Shown here: piece by piece, positions 9,923-19,977 of the stretch
How positions within the stretch are numbered: position 1 is the first letter of the stretch
Layout of the letters: the number at the start of each line of letters is the position of its first letter
Origin: an uncultured Methanosarcinales archaeon
GTDB taxonomy: Archaea; Halobacteriota; Methanosarcinia; Methanosarcinales; Methanosarcinaceae
Assembly: GCA_964435275.1 (NCBI GenBank)
Contig: CAYSZA010000001.1
Location: forward strand, 1 to 38,920
Length of the DNA: 38,920 bases
Direction of reading: 5' to 3'
Made by a program: the position numbers and the translations under genes
Notes under the pieces: generated by a model
The model's database searches: none
What the model was told of the DNA's origin: nothing
What the model saw: the letters and a program-made list of their open reading frames with translations, nothing else

Positions 9923-10708
9923 TTATTCCTGAATTGTATTTATTATGTTTCTGCGGGCCAGGAAGCCAACAAGTTCTTCCTCCAGGTTAAGGACCGGAAC
10001 ACCTCCTACATCGTGTTCGATCATGGTCTGAACAGCTTCCGCAAGAGGGGTATTGGTATAGACACTGACCACACTACGGGTCATAATATCTCCTACCAGC
10101 AGGTTCCTTATCCTTGAGTCCTGCTGGTTGTCAGCCACCAGATCCCTGAAAGAGCGCATGGCAAAGGCAATGTCGTCTTCAGCAATAATACCTACAAGTT
10201 TTCCATTTTCAATCACTGGCAGCCTTCCCACATTTTTATCAAGGATAAGCCTCCTGGCGTGGCTCACCCTATCGGACGGGCTGACAATAATAGGGCTTTT
10301 TTCCATTACTTCTCCGGCAAAGCCTGTAAAACGATTTATCCTCATAAATTCCTGGGGTGTTACCCAGCCCAGGGCATTTCCGTTGTCAGTGACAATGATT
10401 ACACCGCCCTTCTTTTTCATCAGGATAAGGGCGTCCCTGATATCGGTATCAGGCAGAACCTTTACAAAGTTGTCGGATACGGCTGTTGCAACATGCAGAG
10501 AGGATGCAGGTTTGCTCAGTTTCTTGCGAGTTCCGAGCTGCTCTGTCAGACTTCTCATTGTAAGTACACCAAGTATCTGATCATCGTGGACTACCAGCAA
10601 GCGCTTTGTATCTTTCTTTTCCATTAGATCCAGGGCGTGAGATATGGTGTCTGACTTGTCAATCCTGTATGGCTGTACCATTATGTCTTTAACTTGCATG
10701 CAATTCAC
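9923..10708 (-). CDS. CBS-domain protein (4 CBS)
   Basis: [15 protein letters not shown] and [15 protein letters not shown] motifs. Confidence 0.9.
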   Translation of the reverse strand: MNCMQVKDIMVQPYRIDKSDTISHALDLMEKKDTKRLLVVHDDQILGVLTMRSLTEQLGTRKKLSKPASSLHVATAVSDNFVKVLPDTDIRDALILMKKKGGVIIVTDNGNALGWVTPQEFMRINRFTGFAGEVMEKSPIIVSPSDRVSHARRLILDKNVGRLPVIENGKLVGIIAEDDIAFAMRSFRDLVADNQQDSRIRNLLVGDIMTRSVVSVYTNTPLAEAVQTMIEHDVGGVPVLNLEEELVGFLARRNIINTIQE

Positions 10709-10871
10709 CTCATGCGTATCCAGAATTTTAGGTTGTATTTTTTCGCAATTCTTTGCGTGTTTTCTTCGTCCGTTTTACTGTGCTTTAATTCGCATCCTTT
10801 CCTTACTTTGGCGATTTAATCTTTCGTTATTCTACTGATATCCTTTGTAATATACTCCGCACTGCCGTATT

Positions 10872-11717
10872 TCAGAGGATGGCTTTCATGATATCGGTTC
10901 TGCTTAATATTCCCACTATATCTTCTCCGTCACTGACAGGTAGTGCAGTCACTCCTTCTTCAATCATTTTCTTTGCGGCTACACTGACATTTTCGTTCAC
11001 GTCAATAGAAGCTATTGGAGAAACCATGATGTCTTCTGCGGTCAAAGGCACCTCTTTTACGTATCTATAGGTCTTCTGGCCTCCAGGGGAAGATTTACGG
11101 GCCATTTTGATGCTTTTTGTGGAAAGTTCGCCTTGAAAGTCAGTTAAGAGATTTAAAGCAAGACTTTTGCTGGAAATAATCCCTACGGGTTTTCCTGCAT
11201 CGTCTTTAACGATCACTCTCTCGATCTCATTTCTGTTCATTTCGTCAATTACATGGTTTATAGTATGATGCCTGTGAACAGAAACAACATCTTCAGTCAT
11301 TAATTTGGGGATTTTTGTTTTCATTTTCTCGCTATTTTCCGCAACATAACGCACAAGATCTGTCCTTGTGACAATACCTACAATATCCTTCTTTACCACA
11401 GGAATGTTGTGCACTCCGTTCTCAAGCATTAAAGCAACGGCCTGGGAAATAGAGGCTTCAGGATAGATGGTAATAACCGATTCAGTCATCAGTAACTTGA
11501 TAGGGATTTGGTCTATCGGTCTTCTCCTCCATAGAGGTTCGGCCTGAGCTAGACGGTTAGTGATGTCTGATTTTGTGACGATTCCCACCATCTTGCCCTC
11601 ATTGAGGACAAGCAACGTACTGATTCTATGCCTTAACATCAGTTTTCTTGCACGTGACACGGGTTCATCTGCGTTTAGGACATACACAGGTGAACTCATG
11701 ATGTCCGCCACATTCAT
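10872..11717 (-). CDS. CBS-domain protein (4 CBS)
   Basis: [26 protein letters not shown] and IVGILSRTD. Confidence 0.92.
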   Translation of the reverse strand: MNVADIMSSPVYVLNADEPVSRARKLMLRHRISTLLVLNEGKMVGIVTKSDITNRLAQAEPLWRRRPIDQIPIKLLMTESVITIYPEASISQAVALMLENGVHNIPVVKKDIVGIVTRTDLVRYVAENSEKMKTKIPKLMTEDVVSVHRHHTINHVIDEMNRNEIERVIVKDDAGKPVGIISSKSLALNLLTDFQGELSTKSIKMARKSSPGGQKTYRYVKEVPLTAEDIMVSPIASIDVNENVSVAAKKMIEEGVTALPVSDGEDIVGILSRTDIMKAIL

Positions 11718-12123
11718 GAAGTACCTCCTTCACTTTTACAATATATAAGTGTCAATAATTATAGTTTTTGAATCGGTTGCAAACTTTACAATTTTTAGCT
11801 ATAAACGCTAATTTTAAACGCTAAAGTTTAGAGAAGTAATCGTCCTCTTTGCTGAAGTATGGGCAAAAGTGTGGGCAAACTTGAAAGGTTTTATCCAAAA
11901 TGAGCTACACTTCAAAACCCTGAACATCAGAGTACAGGTTACTTCTCGACCTATCCAGCCAGAGAATCCTCCTCTTTTCCAGAACTCCTGAAAACTTAAA
12001 CCCGAATGTTTATCGGGCTCAATTCGATCCCAATTCTACCAAATCTTGCTAAGTTCCGAACCAGTTTAAACTAGCCCGCAACTGCCTAGAAAGGCTCTAA
12101 CCAGTTTGATTACGTTCTGGAGT

Positions 12124-13110
12124 TCACTCAAGAGATTTCAGGAAATCGCTTTCCGTAATTATACCACGGAGTACCCCATCCTCCAGAATAGGGAGTGATC
12201 CTATCTTTTTCTCAAGCATTATTTCCATTGCTTTGCCCAGGTCTGTGCCAGGGCCGGTCCATATAAGCTCTTTTGATACAATAGAGCCTACAGGCTGGTC
12301 AAGCGCCTCATGAATGTTCCCTGTTGTCAGCTTGGTGAAAGCATCTCCCCTTCCCAGGAAATGGACAATATCAGAGGCAGTGATAATTCCCGCAAAGATT
12401 CCATCCTTAACTACAGGAAGCCTTCGAAGCCTATTGCTTACCATTACTTTTGCTGCCTGTCCAATGGGTGTATCAGTTGACACCATCCTGACATTCTCGG
12501 TCATATATTCATCAACAGTTCGGTTAGTTACGAGCCCGCCCACCAATTCCAGTGCATTCCTTTCGGTAAATATTGCAACGACCTGCATGTCATTATTCAC
12601 GATCGGTAAGCCGCCTGTTCTTCTTTCAAGCATCATTGAAACCGCATCTTTAAAGTCGGCCTGGTCATGCAGGTAAGCAATATCCGTTTCCATGATTTGC
12701 CTGACTTCCTCGTTGATTGCAGCCAGAAGGTTACCTTTGAAGCGGTTTTCGACGAGCAAATTCTTTCTGCCGCCTCCCAGAAAATCGATAATATCCACGG
12801 AAGTAACGACCCCCTCGAGCCTCCTGGTTCCAGCATCTGTGATAGGAATGCGCCTGAACCTCCTTTCAGTCATAATCCTGATTGCTTCCATGATTGTTGC
12901 AGTAGGAGGAAGAGTTATTACATTCCTTGTTGCCAGGGCCAGGATCTTTCCTTCATGCTCTGAAATGCGGGATTTAAATTCAGGACCCATTCGCATGGTG
13001 CCCATGCTGCTGATTGTGTGCGGGTCTTTGTGCTGCGCTTTCTTGGATTTGCTCACACCTGGCTGAACCTTCATCTTATCGACGGACGAAAATGTCGTAT
13101 TTTTGTTCAA
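12124..13110 (-). CDS. CBS-domain protein (4 CBS, MJ1225-like)
   Basis: [27 protein letters not shown] and GSLPIL..GIITESD. Start placed at TTG 13110 behind a GGTGAT ribosome-binding site (the ORF extends to 13209). Confidence 0.88.
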   Translation of the reverse strand: MNKNTTFSSVDKMKVQPGVSKSKKAQHKDPHTISSMGTMRMGPEFKSRISEHEGKILALATRNVITLPPTATIMEAIRIMTERRFRRIPITDAGTRRLEGVVTSVDIIDFLGGGRKNLLVENRFKGNLLAAINEEVRQIMETDIAYLHDQADFKDAVSMMLERRTGGLPIVNNDMQVVAIFTERNALELVGGLVTNRTVDEYMTENVRMVSTDTPIGQAAKVMVSNRLRRLPVVKDGIFAGIITASDIVHFLGRGDAFTKLTTGNIHEALDQPVGSIVSKELIWTGPGTDLGKAMEIMLEKKIGSLPILEDGVLRGIITESDFLKSLE

Positions 13111-13443
13111 TAGGATCACCGAGTTCGAGTTGCAATTAATTGCTTTTTTCGTATTCCGTTTCCTGTTTTCCTGCCTTCTTGCAGGAATTTCCCTGGAACC
13201 TGCAGTCACTTCTCAGCAGATCCAGGTTTGCTCCCGGAAAAAAAATAAGACCTGAAAGCAATTTTTCCCGAATCTTTCCAAAGGCTTCCTTTATCTGTGG
13301 ATCTGTAATTAAATCTATAATTATTATTAATGATGATCTTTGGAGTTATAATCTTTTTGCGTGAAAAATTACCGTAGCTTTTTACACTGTTCCTCTGATC
13401 AGCTGTTATTCTTCCACTGGAGATTTTGCTAAACAGTCTTCTT

Positions 13444-14259
13444 TCAAAATCGGTTTTCAAAAAGTTTTTCAGGCCATACATTGACAATAGATTCCAGAAG
13501 ATCCTGTCTATCCACGATTCCGGATACCTTGTCCTTTTCATTTACTATGGTAACTCTTCCTATATCATAGTGGATAATCATGTCAATTGCACTTTGAATG
13601 GAATCGGTTTCAGAAAGTGTATATGTAGGAGTTGACATTATCTTCTCAACTTTTGGGCTGTCATTGGGCCTTGTTCGTCTTTCATCTTCCACTTCAATTC
13701 GCACAGCACCTGATTTTATTATGTCCCTTCTGGTTACCATTCCAATTGGTTCGCCCTTCTTTGAAACTACAGGAATGCCCGTGTAATCCGTCTCAAGCAT
13801 ATGTCCCCAGACCGTGCCGACTTTATCCTCCGGTGAGCAGGTTTTGACCTTTTTTGTCATTACGGCTTCTAGTGATTTGGGAACATTTTTTGGGACCTCC
13901 ACGTTTCTGAGAACATCCACATTACTCAGGACACCGACAACCGTATGGTCAGCAGTTGATACGATAACCGGAACTCTATTCTGTTTCGATTGCACCATTA
14001 ATTTTGCAGCCTTCACGATATCCATATCCGGAGTGACTGTCGGGGACTGCGTTGCATATCCGCTCACCGTGACATTTGACTTGGTAGACGTAACTCTCAG
14101 GATGTCCTGGTCACTCAGCATTCCTACAAGCCTGTTCTCTTCGTCAACAACAACAAGGCTTCGAAGAAGGTGGTCGCGTATCAGCTGACGGGCGTGAGTT
14201 ACAAAGTCACCTTCTTTGATGCTAATAGGCCCTTCTGACATAATCTCGCTAACGTTCAT
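13444..14259 (-). CDS. CBS-domain protein (4 CBS)
   Basis: [30 protein letters not shown] and GIVDRQD. Confidence 0.92.
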   Translation of the reverse strand: MNVSEIMSEGPISIKEGDFVTHARQLIRDHLLRSLVVVDEENRLVGMLSDQDILRVTSTKSNVTVSGYATQSPTVTPDMDIVKAAKLMVQSKQNRVPVIVSTADHTVVGVLSNVDVLRNVEVPKNVPKSLEAVMTKKVKTCSPEDKVGTVWGHMLETDYTGIPVVSKKGEPIGMVTRRDIIKSGAVRIEVEDERRTRPNDSPKVEKIMSTPTYTLSETDSIQSAIDMIIHYDIGRVTIVNEKDKVSGIVDRQDLLESIVNVWPEKLFENRF

Positions 14260-14322
14260 TGTTTGCCTTCCTATGCTCTCTTTAAAACAGAAGATTTGAA
14301 GTCGAGATCTCGATATTTCAAT

Positions 14323-14976
14323 TCATTCGTAATTTTCCCCTTCTTCTTGCCGACAATTTCCGCATAAGTACCTTCCATCCACAAACCTAAGGTCATATGA
14401 TAAAAGATCGCAGGACTCACATATGCCCGTTTGGAACTCCTCTGCCTCTGAAATCTCTTCGGCTGAGGGGATGGAGAGGAGAGCCTCCCTGTTCATGTCA
14501 ATAAGATCTTTGAGAATAGTGTTAAGTCCGGGTGTTACCATCAGGATATCAGTATTCGAAATCACTCCTATTACCATACCGTTTTCCAGAACTGGCAGCC
14601 TTTTAATATTCGCCTTTAACATGATTTCGGAAGCTTCTACTATATCTGTTTCAGGCTCTACGGTTATCAGCGGGGTTGAGAGGATTTCACTTGCCTTTAC
14701 CTCACCTGGTTTTCTATCCTCTGTAATGATACCTCTCACAAGGCCCCTTTCAGTTATGATTCCCATAGCTTTGCCATTCTCGGTGATAATAACGCTTCCT
14801 GCATCGCGACTGACCATCTCCCTTGCAATAGCAGGAATATCCGAGTTAATATCCATTACTATCACTGCTTTATTCATAACTTCAGCAACTGAGACCTCTC
14901 TCTCAATCTCTCTGCTGTGAATACCAGCACCTATCTCCCTCTCAGCATCGGTATCCCTTCCAGGTCCATCTGCCAT
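14323..14976 (-). CDS. CBS-pair protein with C-terminal Zn ribbon
   Basis: Two CBS domains followed by CESC...CGNC. Confidence 0.9.
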   Translation of the reverse strand: MADGPGRDTDAEREIGAGIHSREIEREVSVAEVMNKAVIVMDINSDIPAIAREMVSRDAGSVIITENGKAMGIITERGLVRGIITEDRKPGEVKASEILSTPLITVEPETDIVEASEIMLKANIKRLPVLENGMVIGVISNTDILMVTPGLNTILKDLIDMNREALLSIPSAEEISEAEEFQTGICESCDLLSYDLRFVDGRYLCGNCRQEEGENYE

Positions 14977-15394
14977 CTACTGCCGTTCCCCCTTTCATTC
15001 CTACTTCGGCAATTCGCTACATAAAATTCATGATATAAAGTTCACGGTTACAAGCTCTTCAGGTTTCAGTTTCCTGTGGAAAAATGCTCCAGATTGTTAG
15101 CTTTCCCTCTGGTTCAGGTCCCGCAAGCACTGGCTTTTTTAAGATGATATTCCGGTGAGGCCTGTGATTACCGGATTTGTTTTTTTGTCCGCTCCCTCTA
15201 AGGTGTTTTCCCTACACTTTTCAGACGTTTTTATAATACCTATATATATGAGTCAATGGTACATAACGATAACGGCATTTGCTTTTTTTGTAGAGGACAG
15301 AAGTTTGCATAAAGTGAAGAGGGTCCTTTTTAAGACCCCCGTTCGTTTGTTCGTGAAGAAAAGTTTATGGAAGTTTCGCAGGAAATTTTTCAGA

Positions 15395-15415
15395 ACCCCT
15401 TAGTTTCCACTGGAG
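15395..15415 (-). promoter_or_regulatory. Full ORB element
   Basis: The minus strand reads CTCCAGTGGAAACTAAGGGGT, i.e. the ORB core plus a G-string. Confidence 0.8.
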
Positions 15416-15572
15416 AGTTTTGCTGAGAATGAAAAATGTCAAATCGTCTGGAAAAAGTATCAATAAGAAGTACAGAAGAGAAGTATACTTTAGAAAACAA
15501 GCTTATACAGTTTAGAAAAAACTCAAATTATATTTGTGATGCTTTCTATTTTTCTGACAGGAAATTTTTCAG

Positions 15573-15594
15573 ACCCCTTTATTTCCACTGGAAC
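15573..15594 (-). promoter_or_regulatory. Full ORB element
   Basis: The minus strand reads GTTCCAGTGGAAATAAAGGGGT. It is part of a ~36-bp direct repeat (15379-15414 and 15558-15592). Confidence 0.8.
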
Positions 15595-15678
15595 GCATTT
15601 TATAAGCTTTTACCTTGAAAGACTACGGGCTTAAGGAACAAACCAGAAAGCAGAAGCCGAATGGAACAGAAAGAATGA

Positions 15679-17133
15679 TTAAAGTATAATCACTCTGCTT
15701 CGATTCCCAATACTCAGCTCGATTTCCTCATTCAGACCGTACTTCGCATACGCATTAATGATCTGGATTTCGGAATCAATGTCAAGATCTTCGATCACAT
15801 ATGCCTGTTCTCCCCAAAGAGTTAGTCTGATGCTGCCAGTTTCGTCTTTAAGTCGAAGGTTTGCAACCACATTCTCTGTCCCATCCTCCCTTTCAAACTC
15901 TCGAAGTTCTCCTATCTCGGAAACTCTCCCCTGGACTGAATAGCTTTCCCCCGGGACAATATTAGCGATATCCGTAAACTTTTCCCTGTACTCAATCTCC
16001 TTTTCACTTTTCTGGATTATCCCTCTGCCTCCCAGATTCAGTTCTACCTGCTGGTTGAAGGCATTTTCCCTAGAATAAGCATGGAGTACCTCTATGGTCT
16101 CGTCAAAATCGATTTCATCCAGAAAGCCGGTCTTTTCATCCCAGAGAGTCAGCCTGATTTTGCCTGTGGAATCGCCAAGAAGAAGATTCCCCACTCTTCC
16201 CGTAGACCCGTCTTTTTTTTCAAAGGTCCGGATTTCCCCTATGTCAAGTACCCGTCCGGAAATGTTAATATCATTCATCTCAGCCCTGATATCTGAAATT
16301 GGGGTGAATTTTTCTTCATACTCGATTTTTTTCTCACTTTTCCTGATTATACTTCGGTTTCCAACCTGAAGTTCAACTTTCTGAGTAAAAGCGTTCTCCC
16401 GGGCATAAGCATTAACCAGCTCCACAGTGTCACCATACTCGATCTGGTTCAGGAATTCGGTCTTGTCGTCCCACAGGGTCACTCTGAGTGTGCCTGTGTC
16501 ATCCCCTAGAAGCAGGTTTCCTACCTTTCCGCAGTTGCCGTCTTTTCGCTGGAAGGTTCTAACCTCTGAGATTTCCAGGACTTTTCCTGTCAAATTAAGG
16601 TCTCCCATACCGTCCTTTACATCCTTTATCTTCTGGGCACTTGCAGCCACATCGACTTCTTCCTCACTTTCAGCAAGGACTCCATTGTTTCCTACATTGA
16701 CTTCGACTCCTGAGTACCCCTGTTTAGCATAGCCGCTGATCTGGAGGGTTTGTCCTGCTTTGACTTTTCCAGTTTTTATTAGATCTGCCATATTGTCCCA
16801 GAGAGTTACCTTAATTTTTCCGGTCTCATCTCCAACAATTATATTTCCGACTCTGCCTATTGTCCCGTCATTTCGGGTAAATTCTTTGCTATCGAAAACC
16901 GAAACTACCCTTGCAATAAAGTTAACTGGTCCGCTCTCAGCTGTGATATTTTCAATTTTCACACTGTCCCGACCTACATCCGAAAATCCAAGTTCGTTGG
17001 CAACCAGCATGGCAGCCATAGGCTCATCGCAAAGCCCTCCCATGCTTTCGACCTTCTCCTGGACACGCTGCAGGAAATCTTCTTTACTGATAACATGGTT
17101 GAGCTTTTTATAGATCGATTCAATATCTGTCAT
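15679..17133 (-). CDS. rpa: Replication protein A (four OB folds)
   Basis: Four repeated OB folds (GRVGN...GDETGKIxxTLWD pattern). Confidence 0.93.
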   Translation of the reverse strand: MTDIESIYKKLNHVISKEDFLQRVQEKVESMGGLCDEPMAAMLVANELGFSDVGRDSVKIENITAESGPVNFIARVVSVFDSKEFTRNDGTIGRVGNIIVGDETGKIKVTLWDNMADLIKTGKVKAGQTLQISGYAKQGYSGVEVNVGNNGVLAESEEEVDVAASAQKIKDVKDGMGDLNLTGKVLEISEVRTFQRKDGNCGKVGNLLLGDDTGTLRVTLWDDKTEFLNQIEYGDTVELVNAYARENAFTQKVELQVGNRSIIRKSEKKIEYEEKFTPISDIRAEMNDINISGRVLDIGEIRTFEKKDGSTGRVGNLLLGDSTGKIRLTLWDEKTGFLDEIDFDETIEVLHAYSRENAFNQQVELNLGGRGIIQKSEKEIEYREKFTDIANIVPGESYSVQGRVSEIGELREFEREDGTENVVANLRLKDETGSIRLTLWGEQAYVIEDLDIDSEIQIINAYAKYGLNEEIELSIGNRSRVIIL

Positions 17134-17945
17134 ATTATCCCCTTAATGTATGATTATTATCTTCATTGTATACTATTTGCCTAATTCCTGAGGCAATAGC
17201 TGTTAGTGACGGTTGCTGCTCTGAATCCTGTTTTGGTATTATAATGATATTATAATGCGAACTTCAAAATATAATATGAGAGTGTAGTAGACTAGCAAAT
17301 CTGAACATTATAAAAGTTGAAAGTGTTTCAGTCAGGTTTCAGTTAAGTTCAAAGTAGTATACTTCAAAACTCATACTATACTCAAAACTTATACTATACT
17401 TTAAAACTTACACTTTCTAATGAATGTGTGATAAGAAATCATAATCAAATATCTTTTAAAATTTCTTTCATTCTTTTTGATTTTAAATTTCCTGTATTTT
17501 AAGCTTTATTTCTAAACTTTACTTTTCTCACTTTTACTTTTGTGAAGCTTGCTCTTTTGAAATTTACTTTTCTAAGTTTATTGTCTAACTGTTATTTTAT
17601 GTTTTTTTGTCCTGGCTGCAGCAGCCACTTTACAAGCAGTTCAGCAGACTTTGTCCCTATAAGGCTTTTGGACTTAACCTGACATTGTGTTCGCAATAAA
17701 TCCGTAAATTTTGCTTGAGGAGACTGTTGAATCGAACCTCAATTGGGAATCGAAATTTGAATCTGCTTTCCAGAATATCCTTTATACGGCTCTTGGATAC
17801 GGTGGTTGGCAAGAATATTTTAATCTCGTGCTACAGTATGCAAGCGGTTCTACTAAAAATTACCCTGTGCTTGATGAAAGTATTTCTCAACAAAGCGGAA
17901 GCAATATTAATAAACTGCACCCATGCTTTTTTGGTGCTGATTGGC

Positions 17946-19031
17946 TTGATACAGGTAAATAGAATCCAGTTCTTCTCAAATCTGGCAAACGTGCTCTCCA
18001 TACTTTTTATTCCTGTATTTGCGAGATCTCTTGGAGCTTCTTATTTTGAAGTAGGTCTTATAGTGAGTGTTTATTCAGCTTCGACCCTGCTTTCCTCTTT
18101 GATTTTCGGGAGGCTTGCAGATTTTCACCATCTACGCACAATACTACTGGGAGGCCTCGGTTTTTCAGTTGCAGCTTTTTTTCTTCAGGTTTTTGCCAGT
18201 GACCCGGCCACTCTTATGCTTGCAAGAGCTTTTACAGGTTTTACCGTGGGAATCTGCCCTGGAGCATTGATTGCATATGTGCATTACCGGAAAAAGAGCC
18301 TGGGAAATTTTATTTCTCTTGGCTCTCTTGGCTGGATGGTGGGCTTCCTGTTAGCAGGGCTTATAGGGGAAAGGATGAACGTGCTTTTCCTGCTTTCTGC
18401 CGCCTTTTATTTATTCTGCTTCCTGCAGGCATTCAAGCTAAAAGATATTTTAAAATCACGGCTTGATATTCCTTACTTTTCCCTGGATACCCTGATAAAG
18501 AACTCAAAGATCTATTTTTCTCTTTTTCTGCGGCACACCGGAGCTCTGGGAATCTGGGCTTTTTATCCCCTGTATCTCAGGCAACTAGGAGCTAGTGATT
18601 TCTGGATTGGATTAATCTACGCTATTAATCCTGCAGTCCAGTTTTTGATTATGCGCCAGCTTGATTCTTTTGAAAACAAAAAGCTTATCCATGCAGGGTA
18701 TCTTGTCTCAGTGGTTGGCTTTGTAAGTTACGCGCTTGCCCCATCCTATCTTTACATAATACCCAGCATGTTTCTTGTTGCCTGTGCCTGGGCTTTTTTG
18801 TATGTGGGTTCTACCCGGCAGGTCGTCAAACTGAATCCGGATAAAGCGACTGCAGCAGGTCTTATCAACTCCATGGTTGGAGCGGCAGGCGTTGCGGGGG
18901 CTTTCCTGGGAGGCATCTCTTCCCAGCTTTTCGGCTTCAGGAAAACAGCATTAGGAGCTGCCGTCCTGGCCGCCTTAGGCTTCTTATTCTACAAAATGCT
19001 TGAAGATAATTTTGAGGCAGAGAATAGTTGA
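17946..19031 (+). CDS. MFS transporter
   Basis: About 12 hydrophobic segments and motif A-like FGRLADF. Start inferred at TTG 17946; the longer ORF from 17715 does not look MFS-like at its N-terminus. Confidence 0.8.
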   Translation: MIQVNRIQFFSNLANVLSILFIPVFARSLGASYFEVGLIVSVYSASTLLSSLIFGRLADFHHLRTILLGGLGFSVAAFFLQVFASDPATLMLARAFTGFTVGICPGALIAYVHYRKKSLGNFISLGSLGWMVGFLLAGLIGERMNVLFLLSAAFYLFCFLQAFKLKDILKSRLDIPYFSLDTLIKNSKIYFSLFLRHTGALGIWAFYPLYLRQLGASDFWIGLIYAINPAVQFLIMRQLDSFENKKLIHAGYLVSVVGFVSYALAPSYLYIIPSMFLVACAWAFLYVGSTRQVVKLNPDKATAAGLINSMVGAAGVAGAFLGGISSQLFGFRKTALGAAVLAALGFLFYKMLEDNFEAENS

Positions 19032-19123
19032 GAGATCAAAAATTTTAACTTCATGGCTTTATCAAAACAAAACATTAAAACAAAACCTTATTTATGGTAA
19101 AGTTTCTTTATGTACGTGATACC

Positions 19124-19747
19124 ATGATTCGAAAATGCACTGAGCACGGCTATTTTAGAGGAGGCAGCTGTCTGCAGTGTAAACGCCCTGGAAGATACCT
19201 GCTGGACGACAGCAAAGAAGAAAAGCTTGGCAGGTTCGTATCTGGCACTCTGCGGCATTTCCCTTCGTCTGCAGGAGTTGAGATGGACAGGTTCGGCTGG
19301 GTTAATCTGAATGCTTTCTGTGATGTTATGAGAAAGCGGTACATCTGGATGAGGAAGGAATACCTTTACGCCCTTGTAGAATCCGATGAGAAAGGAAGGT
19401 ATGAGATCCGTGATTCCAAAATCAGGGCACGTTACGGGCACTCTGTCAATATTGATCTGGACTACATGGAAAGTGATTCTCCTTACCTGTACTATGGGGC
19501 AAGCCCTGAAGAAGTCGATGTTCTACTGGAGAACGGAATTTTCCCGATAAAGCAAAGGTATGTCCACCTCAGTACTTCATATGAAAAGGCAGTTGAAGTA
19601 GCCCTTGTTCATACTGAAAATCCTATTATCCTTCAAATTGATGCCTTTAAAGCTCAGGAAGATGGGATCTCTCTCAAACTTGCAACCGATGACATCGTAT
19701 TAGCTGAGAAGATACCTCCTGAATACATTTTTGTTGTTGAGGACTGA
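19124..19747 (+). CDS. kptA: RNA 2'-phosphotransferase (Tpt1/KptA) with N-terminal Zn-knuckle
   Basis: LRHFP, KGRYE, IRARYGHS and VHLS catalytic motifs; CTEH..CLQC at the N-terminus. Confidence 0.93.
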   Translation: MIRKCTEHGYFRGGSCLQCKRPGRYLLDDSKEEKLGRFVSGTLRHFPSSAGVEMDRFGWVNLNAFCDVMRKRYIWMRKEYLYALVESDEKGRYEIRDSKIRARYGHSVNIDLDYMESDSPYLYYGASPEEVDVLLENGIFPIKQRYVHLSTSYEKAVEVALVHTENPIILQIDAFKAQEDGISLKLATDDIVLAEKIPPEYIFVVED

Positions 19748-19779
19748 ATTTAGAAATTTCCTGCAAATTTTTGCTGGTA

Positions 19780-19977
19780 TTTTTCCTCTCTTTATTTTTC
19801 TTTTCTCTTCCTTCTTCTCTATTCTTTCCTGCTGTCTTTTTCCTCTCTTCACTTTTCTTTTCTCTTCTTTTCTTTTCTTTTCTTCTCCTTCTTTTCTTTT
19901 CTCTTCTCCTTCTCTTCTTTTCTTTTCCTTTCTTCTCTTTGCCTACCCTTTGCTCTACCTGTCTTTGTTTTCTTCTT
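19780..19977 (+). repeat. Low-complexity T/C tract between convergent kptA and rtcA
   Basis: About 200 nt of almost only T and C, in tttctc/ttttct units. Confidence 0.8.

Noticed and set aside
13206..13541. 111-aa ORF between CBS genes
   Set aside because: It overlaps the upstream CBS gene out of frame, with no motif and no ribosome-binding site.
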